The notes under the pieces are model-generated. The model ran no database searches and was not told where the DNA came from. It saw nothing but the letters and a program-made list of their open reading frames with translations. Position numbers and translations under genes: made by a program. A DNA stretch of 64,000 nucleotides from Candidatus Latescibacterota bacterium (lineage in GTDB: Bacteria; Latescibacterota; UBA2968; UBA8231): NCBI GenBank assembly GCA_965248265.1, contig CBDFJF010000001.1:2752001-2816000 (forward strand), written 5' to 3'. Below, piece after piece: positions 61,144 through 64,000 of the stretch (position 1 is the first letter of the stretch; each line of letters begins with the position of its first letter).

Positions 61144-64000
61144 TTACTGCACGTAGGCGATTTTGTGCACCTTCGTGTACTGACCGGCCTCCAGGCGGAC
61201 AAAATAAGCCCCCGTAGCCAGCGCCCTTCCCTTGCGATCCCGTCCGTCCCAAGTGACTTGATGCAGGCCGGCCTCCCACGTTTCGTTCGCCAGCAGGTGT
61301 ACGCGCTGCCCGAGAATGTTGTAAATGGATAGCGTAACGGACTCGGGTACAGGCAACCCGAACCGGATGGTCACGGTGCTGTTGAAGGGATTCGGAGCCG
61401 GATTGTGCAGAACATGGGTCTCCGGTCGCGGCGACACCACGTCAGCGCTTATCAGGCCCTCATCGAATTCCACGGCATCGAGCTCAATGTGGTCGATTAC
61501 ATCCTGCGATGCCTGCGCTGCACTCACCACCACCTTGGCGAGGGTCGTGCGGCCGGAACCTGGAACCACCCCGGCAAAGGCAAAGCGTAGATCCCCGTCC
61601 GCCGCCACGTGCCGGCGCTCATATCGTGCTTCTGGCGCATCCCATATCACCACGTCGACAATCTCCAGTTCGCTGGGATCGTAGGTCATCTGCACCACTC
61701 CGGAAAAGACATCGGTGAAGTCATCGATGACGATAGGCACGTCGAAGGTTCCGTCCTGGTTACTGGTAGGCTCCGAGAGATGTACTGAGCGCCCGATTCC
61801 CGACAGGTCATCCGCGGGGCCGCCGGAGGCGGGAAAGGACTCGACGAGGTCGCTGTCGTAGCGCAAAATCCACGAGGCGTCGTAGGGACTGACGCGGGTG
61901 ACCTCTCCGTTCAGGCTGACATCGGCCAACTCCATCGCGTAATCGGCTATCGATTCCAGTCCCAGTGCGTGGTTGAGAATCTGTGTTGCATCCTCTTCGT
62001 TAACCAGACGATCGCCCGACACATCCCCGGCGAGATCCTCAAACTCGGCCCGCAACCGGAAGTGTCGTAAGCCGATCGGGCCTGAGCTGAATCGGTACTC
62101 GGATTGAACTTCCAGATCGGCTATGAGCACGCTATCCTGATCGGCATCTTCCAGAGCCATGCTGAACCCGCGCGGCAACTCATCGGGGTTGGTCCAAGCC
62201 CACGTCAGCTCCGTGTCGATCAGATCGGTCTCGACGGTGAAGGTCCACTCTTGGTCCTCCCACTCGGGATCGCGGATATCGTAGGTGTAGCGGCCAGGTC
62301 GTTCCGGCCAGAATGTCCCCGGGTCTTCTGGATCGTCGTGGGTGAAGTACACCCGCACGAACGGGGTTCCCAGCGATGGCAAATCCAGTGCGTCATTGAC
62401 ATCGAAGCGTCGCGACGCCTCTTCACTGACGCCGGCTCGGTTGTGCAGGTCCTGTCGGGTTTGACCGAATTCATTGGGTTGGGTGGTGACCGAGAACTCA
62501 GCGTGCCAGTCTAGGGCCGTCGGCCTGTGCGCGAGGACTTTGCCTGCGGAGTCGAAAGACCCGCTCGGAGGCAGCAGCAGATCGAGATCTTTGCTGCGGT
62601 CCAGTTGAAGCACCCAGAACCCTTGCCAGCGCCCCAGGCGACCATCGGCACCCACCGGCACGTAGGTCTGACGATCCCAATTCCACAGATAGGCGTGGCC
62701 GTCGATCCAGCCGGCGTTGGCGGCTCGTCGCACCGGCGTTATCACGCCGCTGCCGTTGTCTCGAATTTTCGCATCCCCCCAGTTGATGGCGAATGGAAAT
62801 GGATTGGCCAGTTGATTCGGGGAGCCCGCACTATCGTCATCATCGTCGTCATCGTCATCGTCGTCGCGAAAGCCTGCTCCGGAGGCGACGAGGGGAATGA
62901 CGAAGTCTTCGGAGAGGTCCACGCTCGTCCCGGAGACCGAAACCGAGTCGCCTTCAGTGGAACCGTCGCCGTAGATGATCGACCACCACTGAATAAGCCA
63001 GTGGCCTCGGCCGGGCTCGAAGTCCGGAGGATTACCGGAAAGGCCCAACTCCTCTTTGTAGTACTGATAACCCCCTCCAGGTGTATTCCACCGCACGAGA
63101 CGCCACCAGAACCCCCATGGATCCTCCCCTTCTCCCGGAAAGTCGTCGCCAAGCACGATGTCCGGGTTGCCATCGTCCGGACTCAACGGTACGCCGATCA
63201 TGACGTAATCGGAGTATGGCAATCCCCCCTGCACCAGTGTTACCCCACCCGAACGCGAGGCCTCGACAGTGTTACCATAGCGCCCAACATTGATGCGATT
63301 GCCGTTTGGCGCTGGCTCGTTTCCGAAGACATCGCGCGGATTGCCAGCGTCAATCGCCGGGCTCGTCTCGCTGTCGTTGACCCAGGCGCTGCCGTTCCAG
63401 TGACCTGCCTGGCTGCGCAGATGTAGATCCATGGCTGCCGCCGCTGTACTCCCATCAACAAAGAGCGGATCGAGGGACAGGCTGTTGCCGTCCAGTCCCG
63501 AGGCCGCGCGCCATTCCGCGAGCGTTTCGTAGGTAGACCCCGGAACCTTGGCGACAGCACCACCGGCGTTGGGATTCAGGTCGTTGTAGTCGCTGTAAGC
63601 GAAGGTGCTCCCGATCGCCTTTGGCAGATCGATGCAGACGTCGACACCGTGGATGATGGTGTTGCGGACGACGTGGCCGTCCCCTGCCGAGTTGTTACCG
63701 CCCTGGAAGGAGAGGCCGCTCTCGAATCCGACAATCGTGTTGTTGATCAGGGAATCGCCATCGGTCTCGCGGGCGAAGAAAACCCCCGTCTGGCGACCAC
63801 CATCGTCGAGGATGAGGTTGTTTTGCAGCCTGTTGAAGTCCGCGTCGCGCGCCAGATTGACGCCGATGGTATTGGTGTGAATCCGGTTGTTGACCAGCAA
63901 GTTGTGATCTGCCCGTAGCAACCTGACCCCACCTCCATTGTTGTTGTTGGTGCCATCGTGCAGGACGCAGTCGCGGATCGTGACGTTGTCGGCCTCGTTG
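61144..64000 (-). CDS. Large secreted protein (5' end outside window): parallel beta-helix, dockerin, cohesin, FlgD-Ig tail
   Basis: Frame open to the window edge; beta-helix NNRIHTN/NNLI/NNTIV and SPAIDAG..GNRINVGRYG; dockerin GDVSGDRLVNEEDATQIL/ADVSLNG..DASWILRY; cohesin; NPAPNPFNST tail; poly-Asp tract. Confidence 0.85.
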   Translation of the reverse strand, partial: NEADNVTIRDCVLHDGTNNNNGGGVRLLRADHNLLVNNRIHTNTIGVNLARDADFNRLQNNLILDDGGRQTGVFFARETDGDSLINNTIVGFESGLSFQGGNNSAGDGHVVRNTIIHGVDVCIDLPKAIGSTFAYSDYNDLNPNAGGAVAKVPGSTYETLAEWRAASGLDGNSLSLDPLFVDGSTAAAAMDLHLRSQAGHWNGSAWVNDSETSPAIDAGNPRDVFGNEPAPNGNRINVGRYGNTVEASRSGGVTLVQGGLPYSDYVMIGVPLSPDDGNPDIVLGDDFPGEGEDPWGFWWRLVRWNTPGGGYQYYKEELGLSGNPPDFEPGRGHWLIQWWSIIYGDGSTEGDSVSVSGTSVDLSEDFVIPLVASGAGFRDDDDDDDDDDDSAGSPNQLANPFPFAINWGDAKIRDNGSGVITPVRRAANAGWIDGHAYLWNWDRQTYVPVGADGRLGRWQGFWVLQLDRSKDLDLLLPPSGSFDSAGKVLAHRPTALDWHAEFSVTTQPNEFGQTRQDLHNRAGVSEEASRRFDVNDALDLPSLGTPFVRVYFTHDDPEDPGTFWPERPGRYTYDIRDPEWEDQEWTFTVETDLIDTELTWAWTNPDELPRGFSMALEDADQDSVLIADLEVQSEYRFSSGPIGLRHFRLRAEFEDLAGDVSGDRLVNEEDATQILNHALGLESIADYAMELADVSLNGEVTRVSPYDASWILRYDSDLVESFPASGGPADDLSGIGRSVHLSEPTSNQDGTFDVPIVIDDFTDVFSGVVQMTYDPSELEIVDVVIWDAPEARYERRHVAADGDLRFAFAGVVPGSGRTTLAKVVVSAAQASQDVIDHIELDAVEFDEGLISADVVSPRPETHVLHNPAPNPFNSTVTIRFGLPVPESVTLSIYNILGQRVHLLANETWEAGLHQVTWDGRDRKGRALATGAYFVRLEAGQYTKVHKIAYVQ

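Noticed and set aside
62833-62865. GAC/GAT run as a phase-variable microsatellite
   Set aside because: Mixed synonymous triplets encoding poly-Asp; length changes would not shift the frame

Overview
GC-rich bacterial DNA. The many secreted proteins carrying cohesin, dockerin and FlgD-Ig ('PNPFNP...WDG') tails suggest an FCB-group lineage such as Ca. Latescibacterota (inference). Almost all genes are on the minus strand. (1) 1-13.2 kb: an operon of large secreted non-catalytic proteins (cohesin + dockerin, Fn3 arrays, S-layer-like Ig repeats including a 4x372-bp tandem array, an FG-GAP protein). It follows a clear sigma-54 promoter and a sensor-less sigma-54 activator. (2) 13-26 kb: mixed metabolic genes, plus a consensus sigma-54 promoter leading into a hairpin-rich ~250-nt leader and a 38-aa membrane peptide. 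(3) 26-51 kb: a tightly coupled ~25-kb cluster with no recognisable scaffold synthase. It encodes an EhpF-like adenylating enzyme, an EhpG/LuxC-like reductase, Fe-ADH, HemN-like radical SAM, PaaK-like CoA ligase, flavin halogenase, GT4, thioesterase, three PQQ-type beta-propellers, an SSS importer and two ABC exporters, and is split by an IS3 element. (4) 51-64 kb: an amidase-dehydratase fusion, PAS kinase, orphan flagellin with a sigma-28 promoter, C2H2 zinc-finger protein, dgcN-dgcA, Spy-like and PhnZ-like genes, and another dockerin/cohesin protein. No rRNA, tRNA or CRISPR array was seen. All family assignments come from motif recognition by eye, not from database searches.
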